Source: Lama glama (lineage: Eukaryota). From it: 64,000 nt of DNA. The stretch spans positions 31,808,001-31,872,000 of the forward strand of contig CM052816.1 in NCBI GenBank assembly GCA_028534125.1, given 5' to 3'. The translations under genes were made by a program, and so were the position numbers. The notes beneath the pieces are model-generated. The model did no database searches, was not told the origin of the DNA, and saw nothing but the letters and a program-made list of their open reading frames with translations. Shown in pieces: positions 26,460 to 38,150 of this stretch (its first letter is position 1; every line of letters begins with the position of its first letter).

Positions 26460-29450
26460 AAGAATGCATATTCTGCTGTTATTGGGTGTATTCTATATGT
26501 GTCAGATAGGTCCAGTTGTTTGACAGTGACTTTCCCCATATTCTTACTGATCTTTCTGTCTAGCAGTCCTACTAAATATTTTTAAAGGACTATTAAAATC
26601 TCCAACTATAATTACTGAACTGTTAAATTCTCCTTTCAATTCTGTCTTGCTGTTTCATGTATTTTGAGATTCTATTGTTAGATGCATAGTAATTTATAAA
26701 TGCTATATCTTCCTGATATATTGATTCTTTATTATTAAAAAATATTCCTAATTGTCTCTAATAGTCCATTTTGCCTGAAATTAATACAGCCACTCTCTTA
26801 TGGTTACTGTTGGCAAAATATATCTTTTCTATCCCTTTTCTTTCAACCAATTTTGTGTCTTTAAATAAAAATGTGTCTCTTACAGACAGCACATAGCAGG
26901 ATCTTGCTTTTTCATCCAGTCATACCATGTCTGCCGTTTATTGGAATTATTGACATAGTTAAACGTAGTTCTGCCATTTGTTTTCTATGCACCATGTCCT
27001 ATTTATTCTGTCCCTTTTTAATGCCTTCCTTGTGTTAAATATATTTTTCTAGTATACTGTTTTAATTCCTTTATTGATTTTTAACCTTTTCTTTTTTTTA
27101 AATTAGGTGTTCATCTAAGAATTACTATGCATCACTAACTCATCACATTCTACTCTGGGTTAACATTGACTTCATTTTGGTAAAATATAGCAAATTTGAT
27201 CCAATATAGCTTCATTTCTTCCTCCATCTTTTATGCTGTTATCATCAAATATATTAAATCTTTTTGTTATAAATCTAACACAGTCTTACATTTATTGCTT
27301 TAAACAGTAGTATGCTCTTTAAAAAATCAGAAGAGAAAAAATATATATATACAGTCTTTTATATTGACTCACATCTTTATCATTTTTGGGGCTCTTCATT
27401 CCTTCTGGTGGATCTCGGTTACTGCCTACTGTTATTTCCTCTCATTATGAAGAATTCCTTCAGTATTTCTTATTTTGCAGGTATACTCTCAGTTTCTGTT
27501 AATCTGGAATCACTTGCATTTTTCTGAAGAATAGTTTTGTTGGATACGGAATTCTTGAATGATAACTTTTTTCCTTTCTGCATTTTGTCATTCCACTGCC
27601 TGCTGGACTTCATAATATTCTAATAAATTGGACACTATTGTCAATGGTGTTCTTCTGTAAATGAGTCATTTTTCTCTGGCTGCTTTCAAAACTTTGTCTT
27701 TCAGCAGTTATACCATGATGTTACTTGGTGTGCTTCTCTTTGTGTTTATCCTCTGAGTTTACGGAGCTTCTTGAATGTGTAGATTACAGGGTTTTGTCAA
27801 ATTCGATGAGTTTTGCACAACTGTTTCTTCAAATATTTTCATTCCCTTTCTCTCTCTTCTCTCCCTCCGTGGCTCCCATTCCAGGTATGTTGGGACACTG
27901 GACATTGTCCCACAGGTCTCTGAGGCTCTGTTCTTCAATCTTATTTCTTCTCTATTCTTTAAATTGGATAATTTCTATCTTCAGGATTATTCTTTTTTCC
28001 GCCATCTCAAATCCTCTTTTGAGCCCATCTACTGAATGTTTTATTCAGGTCTTTCACTTTTCAATGCTAGACTGATGCTTTTTTTTTTTAAGTTTTCATT
28101 TCTCTATTGAGATTTATTATTCACTGTCATTTCCAGGGTTTTTTTTAAAATACAATTAAACATATTTTAATGTTTTGAACATACCTATAAACTTCTTTAA
28201 AACCTTTGGGCCCAGTGCAAGTCAGTTTCTATTGACTGCTTTTTTCCTGAATACCGATTACACTTTCCTGTTTCCTTGTATGTCTCATAATTTTTGGTTG
28301 AAAACTGGATGTTTTATATAATACATTGTAACAACTCTGTTTCATTTTTCTTGGTTTTTTTTTCTTTTCTTTGAAACTTGCAAGACTTAAACTATAAAAT
28401 CTGTCTCCCCTGTGGTGTGTAATCACTGATGTTTCTGGACATATTTTTTAATATTAATTTTTACTTTTACACTTTTTCTGTGTTAATACATCTTAGTGGG
28501 TCAGTCAATGTTCTGAGTGCAGGTTAGACTCAAACATCTTAAGCCCATAAAGCTTTCACCCTCTGATGACTGATGTATGTAGCCTGGGAATGTATTCAAA
28601 TTTGCAGTCACTTAGCTCTTTCATGTGATTTATTTTCCTCTCAGCTCTCTCAAGTCTCTTCCATGAATCTGTGTAGTTTTCCATTCAGCCAGGGATGTTT
28701 GAAGAGCTGATCTTAATTTCAGGATCTAATCATTAAGTTTCTGGCTGGTCTAACACTCAACCTAATAAGAATTGCAATTTCAGGTCAATAAAGCAGATGA
28801 ATTTTCCTGTTCCCAATCAAGTTCATCACTTTTAGTTCACAAAGCCACAGGCTTTAACCCCTACCTTCCACCCCAAATCAAATCTACCCCCTCTGGCAGC
28901 AAAGTTACTGGTTTTCCCATCCAACCCCATATTCTTGCTGCTTCAGCCACTGGGGTTGGGAGGTGGGGAGTTGGACAGAGATGGGAGGCTGCATGATTCA
29001 GCAAAAAAATAAAAATAAAAATAAAAATAAAAATAAAAATAAAAATAAAAATAAAAATACAAGATGTCCAGTTAAATTTGAAATTTAAATAGATAATGAG
29101 TAATTTTTTGGTGTAAGTATGTCCCATGCAATATTTTAGATGTATTTTAAACTAAGATAATTATCTGTTGTTTATCTAAAATTCAAATTTAACTGGGCAT
29201 CCTGTATTTTATCTTACAACCCTAGGGTTATGGGAGGAACCTCACATAGGAAGGCCACATAAGCCTGCTGTTCTTATGTGAAATTCTCTCATTTTCAAGG
29301 ATAAACTGTTCTCAATTTCTTGTCTGCTTTTGGTCAATTTATAGCGCCCTTAAATGGCTATTATGGACAACTTTTTTCAGTTTTGTACTTGTTTTTGCAG
29401 AAGGAATCACCATGACCTTCATCCTGCCATAACTGGAGCTGACCTTTCTT
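26460..29450 (-). mobile_element. Old L1M (L1MC/MD-like): 5' region, ORF1 and start of ORF2 endonuclease, degenerate
   Basis: 'agaatgcatattctgctgttattggg', 'ttaaaatctccaactataatt', 'tctgaagaatagttttgttggatac.gaattcttg', 'gtcccacaggtctctgaggctctgttc'. Confidence 0.85.
28990..29224. mobile_element. MER53 palindromic hAT MITE with (AAAAAT)n expansion at ~29003-29058
   Basis: Inverted arms aaaatacaagatgtccagttaaatttgaa / ttcaaatttaactgggcatcctgtatttt; central 'taagtatgtccca'; ends 'caacccta'. Confidence 0.88.
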
Positions 29451-30418
29451 AATTTGTAAGTACTAATATTTTTAGAAAATTTTAGTTGGTTTCAGCTATG
29501 CTAAGAGAATAAAGCAACAAAAATGTCAGTTCTTTTCATATTTGGACCCAGATCATTAAGAACAGTCCATAGAGAAAACTCCAAAGGGAAAACACTGTGG
29601 AGAGTGTCAGGTTTTCTGCAGAGTCATTTCCACTTCCCCACAGTGAGGTGGTGGTTCCAGATGCCTTGCCAGTGGTGACAATCACAGCTTTGCGGTAGTG
29701 AATTCCCCACCATCATGAAGAGTCTTGGAAAGGTCTGCGCTCAGTAATAGTGCAGTACTAGGCACAAAAGCAGGAAAGTAAGCCAGCCCAAAAGTGGTTC
29801 AGGATGCAAGGACTGCTGAGAGCAAACACTGGACATGAGCTTCATTCCTTTCACTTTGTTTTATCACTGAGCAAGAGAAAAAATGATGCAACGATACATG
29901 CAAGATCAAGGATTCATGATGTCATGTATGGATGCAACTCCCTCGCAGCTCCACTGCTCCTCAAGAAGGTGCATCTGAGTTTCAGTGTTTTCAGCATCCT
30001 TCATGGAGCACAGGAAGTTCTCGTGGGTTCCATAAGGGCCAAGAAACGCAGATTTACCATCTTTGTCTCATTTTAGTCCTTAGAACTTGCACAGGAGGTA
30101 GGCAGGACAGATCAGCACCAGCACTCAAGAGTTTATCTTATTACTGTGTGTCAAGTGAGCTAATATCCAGGTTCAGGTTTAAAATGCATCACTGCATGAC
30201 AGTAACATAACACAGCTATTAGCATTGACAAAGCACTTTATACAGCGTAGCTATTGCCAAGTTTTATTCCTTGCTCTGCCATAGGACTGACAGATATTTC
30301 CAAAGAGCAGATCTGGCAATGACCTACCCCAGTGGAAGACAGATTTTTAAGGTTAAAACTAGGCTTCACCATTCATCATTTGCGCAATTTTGGCGCACTT
30401 AGCCATAAAAGGAAAAGG

Positions 30419-30989
30419 TACAATAGCCAAAACATGGAAACAACCTAAATGTCCATCAACAGGTGACTGGATAAAGAAGAGGTGGTATATTTATACAATG
30501 GAATACTACTCAGCCATAAAAACGGACAACGNNNNNNNNNNNNNNNNNNNNNNNNNNNNNNNNNNNNNNNNNNNNNNNNNNNNNNNNNNNNNNNNNNNNN
30601 NNNNNNNNNNNNNNNNNNNNNNNNNNNNNNNCAGCAACATGGATGCTCCTAGAGAATGTCATTCTAAGTGAAGTAAGCCAGAAAGAGAAAGAAAAATACC
30701 ATATGAGATCGCTCATATGTGGAATCTAAAAAACAAAAACAAACAAACAAACAAAAACAAAGCATAAATACAGGACAGAAATAGACTCATGGACAGAGAA
30801 TACAGACTTGTGGTTACCGGGGGGGGGGGTAGAGGGTGGGAAGGGATAGACTGGGATTTAAAAATTGTAGAACAGATAAACAAGATTACACTGTATAGCA
30901 CAGGGAAATATACACAAAATGTTATGATAAATCACAGAGAAAAAAAAATTAAAGTAAGTGTAATAATTCCATCAAGGTAAAAAAAAAAA
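30419..30989 (+). mobile_element. Young camelid L1, 5'-truncated, atypical 3' end, spans assembly gap
   Basis: ORF2 C-terminus (TIAKTWKQPKCPSTGDWIKKRWYIYTMEYYSAIK); TSD aaaaggaaaagg 30407-30418 / 30990-31001. Confidence 0.95.
30532..30631. other. Assembly gap (100 N)
   Basis: Run of exactly 100 N. Confidence 1.
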
Positions 30990-31239
30990 AAAAGGAAAAG
31001 GAAAGCCTAACACATGCCTTGAAGGGTTATTGAGAAGGTTTTCTTAAAATTAAGCAACAGTTTTATTCCTTAAACATTTCCCCATTTTGCCTCTGTTCAC
31101 CTTTAAATCTTTCTCCCCATATCACTCTGAGTAGAGTATTCTTTTGAAATCCCAGATAAGCTCATTTTGCTCTCTTAATACATGGATCAGGTCTCTTAGA
31201 TCCTTAACATCATGCTTAGCATACTGTTGGAAATAAGTA

Positions 31240-31510
31240 ATAGTAACTAATATTCAGTGAGCCCTTACTATATGCCAAGCACTGCTCTAAATACTTTAAA
31301 TGCACTAACACATTTAATTCTTAAGATAAGCTATAAAAAACAGTTTATAGTTTTTATTATTATTATCCCAACTTTATGGATGAAGAAGGTGAGAAACAGG
31401 AAAAGTTAGTTGTTCAAAGTGACATAGCTGGTAAACATCAGAGCTGGAATTCAAGCCATGCAATCTAGATGTAAACTCCACACTCAGACGATGATGTTCT
31501 ACCGCCTCGC
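31240..31510 (-). mobile_element. MIR SINE
   Basis: 'cttactatatgccaagcactgctctaa', 'acagctggtaa..tcagagctggaattcaagcc'. Confidence 0.85.
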
Positions 31511-31929
31511 TTTGAATCAAAGAAGGAACATGAAGAATGACTTTATAAGACAAACAGGTGAAATTCATTTCACTACCTCAGATCAAAGCAGTACCATGTC
31601 TTGTACAAGTACATTTTTAAATGGAACACTTCATTTTAATATCCCCAGTGGAAGGAAGCTTTAATTTATTCTCCTAGATAATTGTAAGAAGATTAGAAGT
31701 AGATGTACTAACTTGAAATAAAGCTCCCAGGAATAATAAAATTTAAATAGAAATAAATTAACATTTAGTTTCCTATTAAATGTTATATGGGTTTGCTAGC
31801 TAACATGTTCAGAGTTTACTGTTTCAGTTTTATTCCCCCATTTCCTGCATTTCAAATAAATCACAACTGGCACTAATTTATTATCTATATCAAGGCTTCT
31901 GTTCTCCAACCATATACTAATAACTTCAG

Positions 31930-32150
31930 TTTTTACAATGCTTTTCAATGTACAACTTACCTTCTTATACATTATATCACTCAATCTTCAAAGCTACCCT
32001 ATGAGAAAGGCATGATAATTCTCATTTTAGGATGAGTTGAATGACAGAGAGTTTAAGAATGTTTGTAAATTCACACAGCTTGTAAGTAGCAGAACACAGA
32101 CTTCACCTCAATCCAAAACTCCAAGCGTAATCCCTTTCTTATTGCCCCAA
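31930..32150 (-). mobile_element. MIR SINE
   Basis: 'accctatgagaaagg','tcacacagcttgtaagtagcagaac'. Confidence 0.75.
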
Positions 32151-32249
32151 AGCTAGACAAAAGAGAAATGGCTTTCACCCTGTCAAGTTCTATCCCTGGT
32201 GGGTTCCACTGACTAAAACTGAGGAATAATATTCATGGTTAAGTTAGAA

Positions 32250-32835
32250 TGTGTTTGTTGCGGGGCCCAGTGGTAAGGCCTGGTAAGAATCACCAGACTA
32301 GAGATATATGAAACAGAGCCCATATTCAATTCACGAATCACTTGGTTTATTGCACACAATTAGCACACAACACGGGTTACTCAGAGCAGGGAAGATAGAA
32401 AGGGGACAACATACAACTGAAAGGAGAAGTACGGGAAGGATGCATCTCAGCACAAGCAGCCGTCCGCAGTCCGGCTATAGGTCCCCTCACAAGTGTGAGC
32501 AGGAAGTGGCTTCTGCTCCAACAGAGCTTCCAACAGCACCCATCTGGAACAGCTCTCAGCAGCCTGGAGTCAGTCCTAAGCAAAGAGTCTTCAAGTCACT
32601 GGACTCAGTGGTCTCATTTTGGGGTGTAACAGTTATGCACCAGAGGGTCTTGCCTCTATCTGCTGCTCCTTCTGTTCCAGTGAAGTCTTTCTGCAGATGC
32701 TACCAAACAAGTTCCTTAGCTAAAGTAACACTCTTAACTCATCACTCAAAGACACTCGTAGTCCTTCCTATACCAGATGTGTCAAGACACATAGCATGGA
32801 AGTTCACATTGGCCTCCATCCTGAATTACTTAACA
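32250..32835 (-). mobile_element. Probable old solo ERV LTR, family unassigned
   Basis: TG...CA ends, minus-strand AATAAA (tttatt ~32346), LTR-like composition; no clean TSD. Confidence 0.4.
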
Positions 32836-33345
32836 TAGCTTAATCCTATGAGTTTCACCCAAGATGAGTAGGAATCGTAACACAAATCACATCATAACAA
32901 AGAACTTTGTCTCTGAAGAGCTCAAATACTTTATACTCCATCAATCTTGTGAAATTTCTCTACATCTGACAAAAGGAAAGACTGAAATGTGGACAGTAAT
33001 CCTCCTCTCAGTCCTAACGCCAACAACCCAAGCAGCCCCTCAGCTCTCTGACTTCCCTGCAGCTCCACAGCTGGGCAACTTGGCCTGGGCTTGATTTGCC
33101 ATCAAGTGACAGAACAAAATGCAAAACGTTGAAAGTAAGGTTTCCAAGGCCCTGCGGGAACTCAGCTATGTTTAGGAGTCTCTTTAATGCTGCAAAAAGA
33201 GCAAAGCGGAGGAAAGATCACAGATGAATAAGCGGACAGACAATCGATCTAGCTCTTTCACTCACTAGTAGGGTAGCTTTGGGAAAATCCCTTGACCTTC
33301 TCTAGGCCTCAGTCTTCATCTATTACAAGAGAGAAGCGATTAGGT

Positions 33346-33561
33346 CAGGTGTCTGCCAGTGTGCCTGAGGGTCAGATTCTGTCTAACGCCTGTTTTGTGA
33401 ATCGGAATGATTGGAAGAGGGCCACATCCATCCACCATTTATCGTCTGTGGCTGCTTCTGCACCACAAAAGGAGAACTGAGTAACTGTGACAGACATCAT
33501 CTGGTCTGCAAAGCCTCAGCTTACTACTTGGCCCTTTACTGAAAAAGTTTGGCAACCCCTG
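33346..33561 (+). mobile_element. MER58A hAT-Charlie (preceded by MIR ~33230-33345)
   Basis: 'gtctgtggctgctt','tggccctttactgaaaaagtttggcaacccctg'. Confidence 0.88.
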
Positions 33562-34139
33562 AGCTAATGCCTGCTCCAGCCTTCTCCCTCCGACCACAGA
33601 CCTTTGGTAATGACAAAAACCAAAAAATATATTTGAGTTCTATAGTAGCCCTGAAAAATAAAAAGGGGTATTCTTGGGCACATAAATTTCTGAGGACTCC
33701 CTGAAAGACAGAAGGCAAGTGGGAGGAGAAGGAAGCTCCAGCCATAGCACATACAAGAAAGAGACAGCCGTGGGAGGTAGGAGTGACTCCTAGGAAGGCC
33801 CCGCTCACAGCAGCTGGACACAGAGAGAGAAGGGTCCCTGGGCAGCTGTCAGTGTGGCTAGTGAGGAAAAACAGGGGGGCTGCATTCCCAGCCAAGTAGC
33901 TACCAGCATGGTCTACCCACTGAAACAGTCCTCCAGTCATCGGAGAGAGGGTGTCATAAAGAGATGAACATTCACAGGGGAGCCAAGAGGGAATCATAAT
34001 TATAAGATGAACTCAACCAAACATTGCCTGACATTTGAGGAAAATCAGCACCATGACTAAGAGGCCCCAAGGACAAGCACCACTTAAGGCCTGAGTAAAC
34101 AGTGTTACTAAAGCAAACAGAACAAGAACTTTAGAGTAA

Positions 34140-34700
34140 GAACAACTTAAAATATATAAAGAACTCTTTGAAATAAATTTTCAGAAGACAATAAATCTCA
34201 AAAAATTAGCCACAGGATATGAACAGTCAAGGAAATTAACAAAACAGGAAATAAAAACAGCCATAAATACATTACAAGGTTCTAATTCTTAATAGTTATC
34301 AGCAAAATTTAAACTCAATTGCTGACTATGCCTGTCCCCTAAACCCACCCCTCACCTGACCCAGCATCAGACTGGTAAACTTTGAGAGAATGACAATAAC
34401 TGTAGTTGAGGACGGGGGAATTACTCATACCGCATTAGTCGAAGCATAATTTAGACCAGCCTATTTTACGTTAAATACGAATACTTCCTTTAATCCAGCA
34501 ATTCTACTTCTTAGTATCTACCAGACACAAATACCATCATATGTACAGAAAGCTGCACAAACATGAATATTCATGCAGCACTGTTTAAATAAGGATAAGT
34601 TAAAGTGGCATAAATTCCCACCAGTAACAAGTCAGTAACAAACTCTCGTACATGCAAGCTAAGAAACCTTCTGTGCTGCACGGAACACTACCTCCAGTAG
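34140..34700 (+). mobile_element. Ancient L1ME ORF2 3' fragment
   Basis: 'tttaatccagcaattctacttcttagtatcta','aggatatgaacagtcaa'. Confidence 0.65.
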
Positions 34701-34939
34701 AATGGATGTGAGCTCCTGAAGGACAGTAGCTTTTTTTTTTTTTTAACCTATTCCCTTGCCCCTAAAACAATGCCAATGCCTGTCATCTAGAGGCCCTAGA
34801 AATTTAAGTAAGAATACATCTGTATGAGTGAGCCTACACTGTGCCTTGGGAGCCTGACATAGAGGGACACATCAAGTCTCCTGCTCTTCAGCTTCCCTCT
34901 GGATTAAGCCAATAAGGACCGTCCCCCAAGACCAGAAGA

Positions 34940-35326
34940 GCTGCATAACAAAATGCCATAAATTGGGTGACTTAAACAACAGACATGTATTTTCATGTAG
35001 TTTTGGAAGCTGGAAAGTCTGAGGTCAAAGTCCGGCAGGGTTTGGTTTCTGGTGAGAGCTCTTTTTCTGGCTTGCGGACAGCTGCCTTCTCACTGTGTGC
35101 TAGCTAGCATGGCCTTTTCTCAGTGCACATGTGTGGAGTGAGAATGCACAAGCTCTCTCGTCTCTTCTTACGAGGGCACTCATCCCACCATGAGTGAGGA
35201 CCCCACCTCCATGACTTCCTCTAACCCTAATTACTTTCCAAAGGCCCCATCTCCAAATACCAACACACTGGGGGTTAGGGATTCACCACATGAATTCTGG
35301 GGATATACAAACATTGAATCCCTAGT
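34940..35326 (-). mobile_element. MaLR LTR, MLT1A0-like
   Basis: 'cttaaacaacagaca','ctggtgagagctct..tctggcttgcggacagctgccttctc','ctaaccctaattactt.ccaaaggccccatctccaaatacca'. Confidence 0.9.
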
Positions 35327-35704
35327 AGAGAGGGAAGGAGCGTTTCTAGGAAAAAAATTCTTATTTCCCTGGCTCCCTTCCTGTGGAAATGGTGCTGACT
35401 GACTGCCTCCCACCACTGAAGACCTTGGTCCTGCCAAACAGCCCATTCCACACACCTCTCCTGCGTGTGTTCTCTCCCTCTTTCTCTTTTAAGCTCTCTC
35501 TCTCCCTCCCTCCCCACACGCAATCTCTCTCAACCCTTGTAACACTCTCACCCAGGTCTACAAGTGACAACAGTATCCTCATTACTATTAATCTCAGGGC
35601 ACTGCACTGTCCCCTCAGTTTCCCACATCCTGACCGTAAAGTTCAGGTTCTCAAACTCTTGAAATTACTCAATTTGAGTGGAACCATTTATTTTCTGTCA
35701 AGAT

Positions 35705-36060
35705 CCTAACTGACATGATAGATAGACATGGATAGATGTCTAGAGCATACTATTAAGTGAAGAATACAACTTTCAGACCAGTGCACAGATCATGACAGTT
35801 AAAGGAAATAAACATATATATACATAAAGTAAAACTAAGTAAAACTTATTTCTGTATGTATATATGTACATGTAAATACAGAAGAATAGATATGAAAGGA
35901 TACACAATAAATTGATAACAGTGATTATATCTGAGGAGAAAACAGATGGGGGAGGTGAACAGGGAAGAGGGGCCAAGGGGAAATTTCAATTTATTTATAC
36001 TGTTAGAATTTTTAACAATGAGTATGCACTTATTTATTACATGCTTAATTAAAATATCTT
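35705..36060 (+). mobile_element. Ancient L1ME 3' UTR
   Basis: 'tatgaaaggatacacaataaattgataacagtgattatatctgagg','gttagaatttttaacaatgagtatg'. Confidence 0.7.
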
Positions 36061-37704
36061 AAAAGCATACAAGAACATAAAATGTTCATACTATATTTTC
36101 AAATGGCAGGCCTAAGAGTATTTCAACATGTACATCAAAATATTAGTAACAGCTTTCATCGGACAGTAACATTACATGTGATCTTTGGTTTTGTTTTGTC
36201 CTGCTATCTTCAAAGCTTCCTGAACTGAAAATTATATGACTTTTGAAATTATGAAATGCTTCACATCATGTATTGGATAAATTAAACTGAGAGAACTGGA
36301 TTAGAGGTCCTCAAAAGTTGCTCCCAGTTCTAAGCGCTGAACTCTGATATTTTACTTTAAAAAAATACAAAATTAGCAAAATTGCAGAAAGCCACAAGGA
36401 AATCAGAGGTTTAACCAAGTGATTGTGTGAGGAGAAGAAATAACCTTGAATATTCACAATGGGAAAATAGAGAATTGGGCCATGGACAGATGTGGGTCTG
36501 AGTGGGGTTAGGCAGAGTATTCCATAGCCAGGTGAGGACCTGGATGGATGGAGACCACAGCCCTCCCCATACTGGTAAGGATTCAGGTACTCAGTCCTGG
36601 TGGCTACCACGTGGAAAGAGCATAGGAATCGGCAGAGTCAGGAGGGAAAGGATTTAGATGGTGTCCAAGGCCCATGCCTGGCTTGTGTGTTGCTCAAAAG
36701 CAAACTGGTTTATCCCCCTAAGCCAAAAGTGTGTGCCAAAGCAAATAGGCAATGACAGAAATTTGGCAAAAGGAAGACTCTCCTTCAACTGATGAAGAGT
36801 CTGTAAGACTATAATAAAAAAAATGATTCTATGGAGAAAGGAACTGGGAACAACAGCTGCACTGCACAGACACCACAGCACTGTGAAAAGATGATGCTGG
36901 TCCTTCGATGCAAAAGGGAGTGAGCAGAGTGGGTGGCAGCAGTCCACTGAAAGCTGATATAGGCCCTTGGATGTGAGGATGGGAAAAAATGAATCAGCAG
37001 CAATTAAACCAAGAAGACTGATGTGCTTGCAAGAAGAGAGCAGAAATAGAATGATCATAATAGGTAAGAGTACAGGTTTCCCTAAAACTACAAAAGAGCT
37101 TAATTTCTCTCATTTCTATTCTGTTCTCTTTGGGTTTAAATTCCTGTCTTGCTGTTCACTAATGGTGTGACCCTGGGGCAAGTTCCTTAACCTGTCTTTT
37201 TCCAGACCACATATACAGTGCCTGCACATGGTAGATTCTCAATAAACATCAGCAGCCTTCCCCAACCTCTCATTTTTCTTTTACCCTCTTCTACTTACAG
37301 ATTTATGCAGATGCCAGATATATTTTTAGTGCTGCTTCCAACACACTGAAATAAATTATGCTATAGAAAGTAATTTGTTTACAAAGCAGATACATGTATC
37401 TGAATGCTAAAGAGGAATTCCCTTCCCAAGTATAAAAATAACTCAAGTCTCTCATGTATTAGCAAGTAACCTACTAATTGGCAAAACTGGATGTTTCCTT
37501 AAATACAATATGAATCTTCAACAATGCATACCTATCCTAAAACCCTACAGAAGGACACTGGGCAATTTTTGTAGGAAAAGGAAGCAGGGATGGTGGTAAA
37601 AGGAAAGTCAGGAATGGAATGAGTAGAAATAGAATGAAAACATTAAGAATTACAATACAACAATCCACCACTCTATATCATCCCAATTCTAACTGCATAG
37701 GGCA

Positions 37705-38150
37705 AATACCTATGGTTGGGTTCCCCATAGGCAGACCTTGAGATGCAGATTCATGTGAAACTGATTTATTAGGAAGTATCCTGAAGTAAACAATAGGGAA
37801 GCAGAGAAAGCAGACAGGATAGGGAAGGGAGCCATGCCTGAGTTAGATTTCAAGCCAAGTCTCAGAGAATGCAGTTTCCACTCAATCCCACAGGGCAACT
37901 CCAGAGCTAGCACAGGCCACTGTCCCATCAAGGGCAGGGGAGATTCAGTATTACCTCACACCTGTTTGTCACTGGTTAAGAGCTGGCTCTGGGGCAACTA
38001 AATTTCCAGGCACTCCCTGCTCTCTTTGCACCAAGGTAAAGCTATGTTCAGTAACCTGAGGACAGCCCTTCCAGAGAGAAAGCACAAAGGAAACAGTACA
38101 CAGGGAATGGAACTGACTCTGAGGAGATATGAGCAGAGCACTGACAGTAC
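37705..38150 (-). mobile_element. ERVL LTR16-family solo LTR
   Basis: 'ggttgggttcccc...gcagaccttgagatgcagattcatgtg...tgatttattaggaag'. Confidence 0.75.

Noticed and set aside
29882..29979. Possible C/D-box snoRNA (ATGATG...CTGA)
   Set aside because: C box reads ATGATGC, lacking the conserved terminal GA; weak terminal stem; opposite strand to the inferred host transcript
32308..32838. 176-aa ORF, the longest in the window
   Set aside because: Coincides with an LTR-like repeat; no recognisable protein
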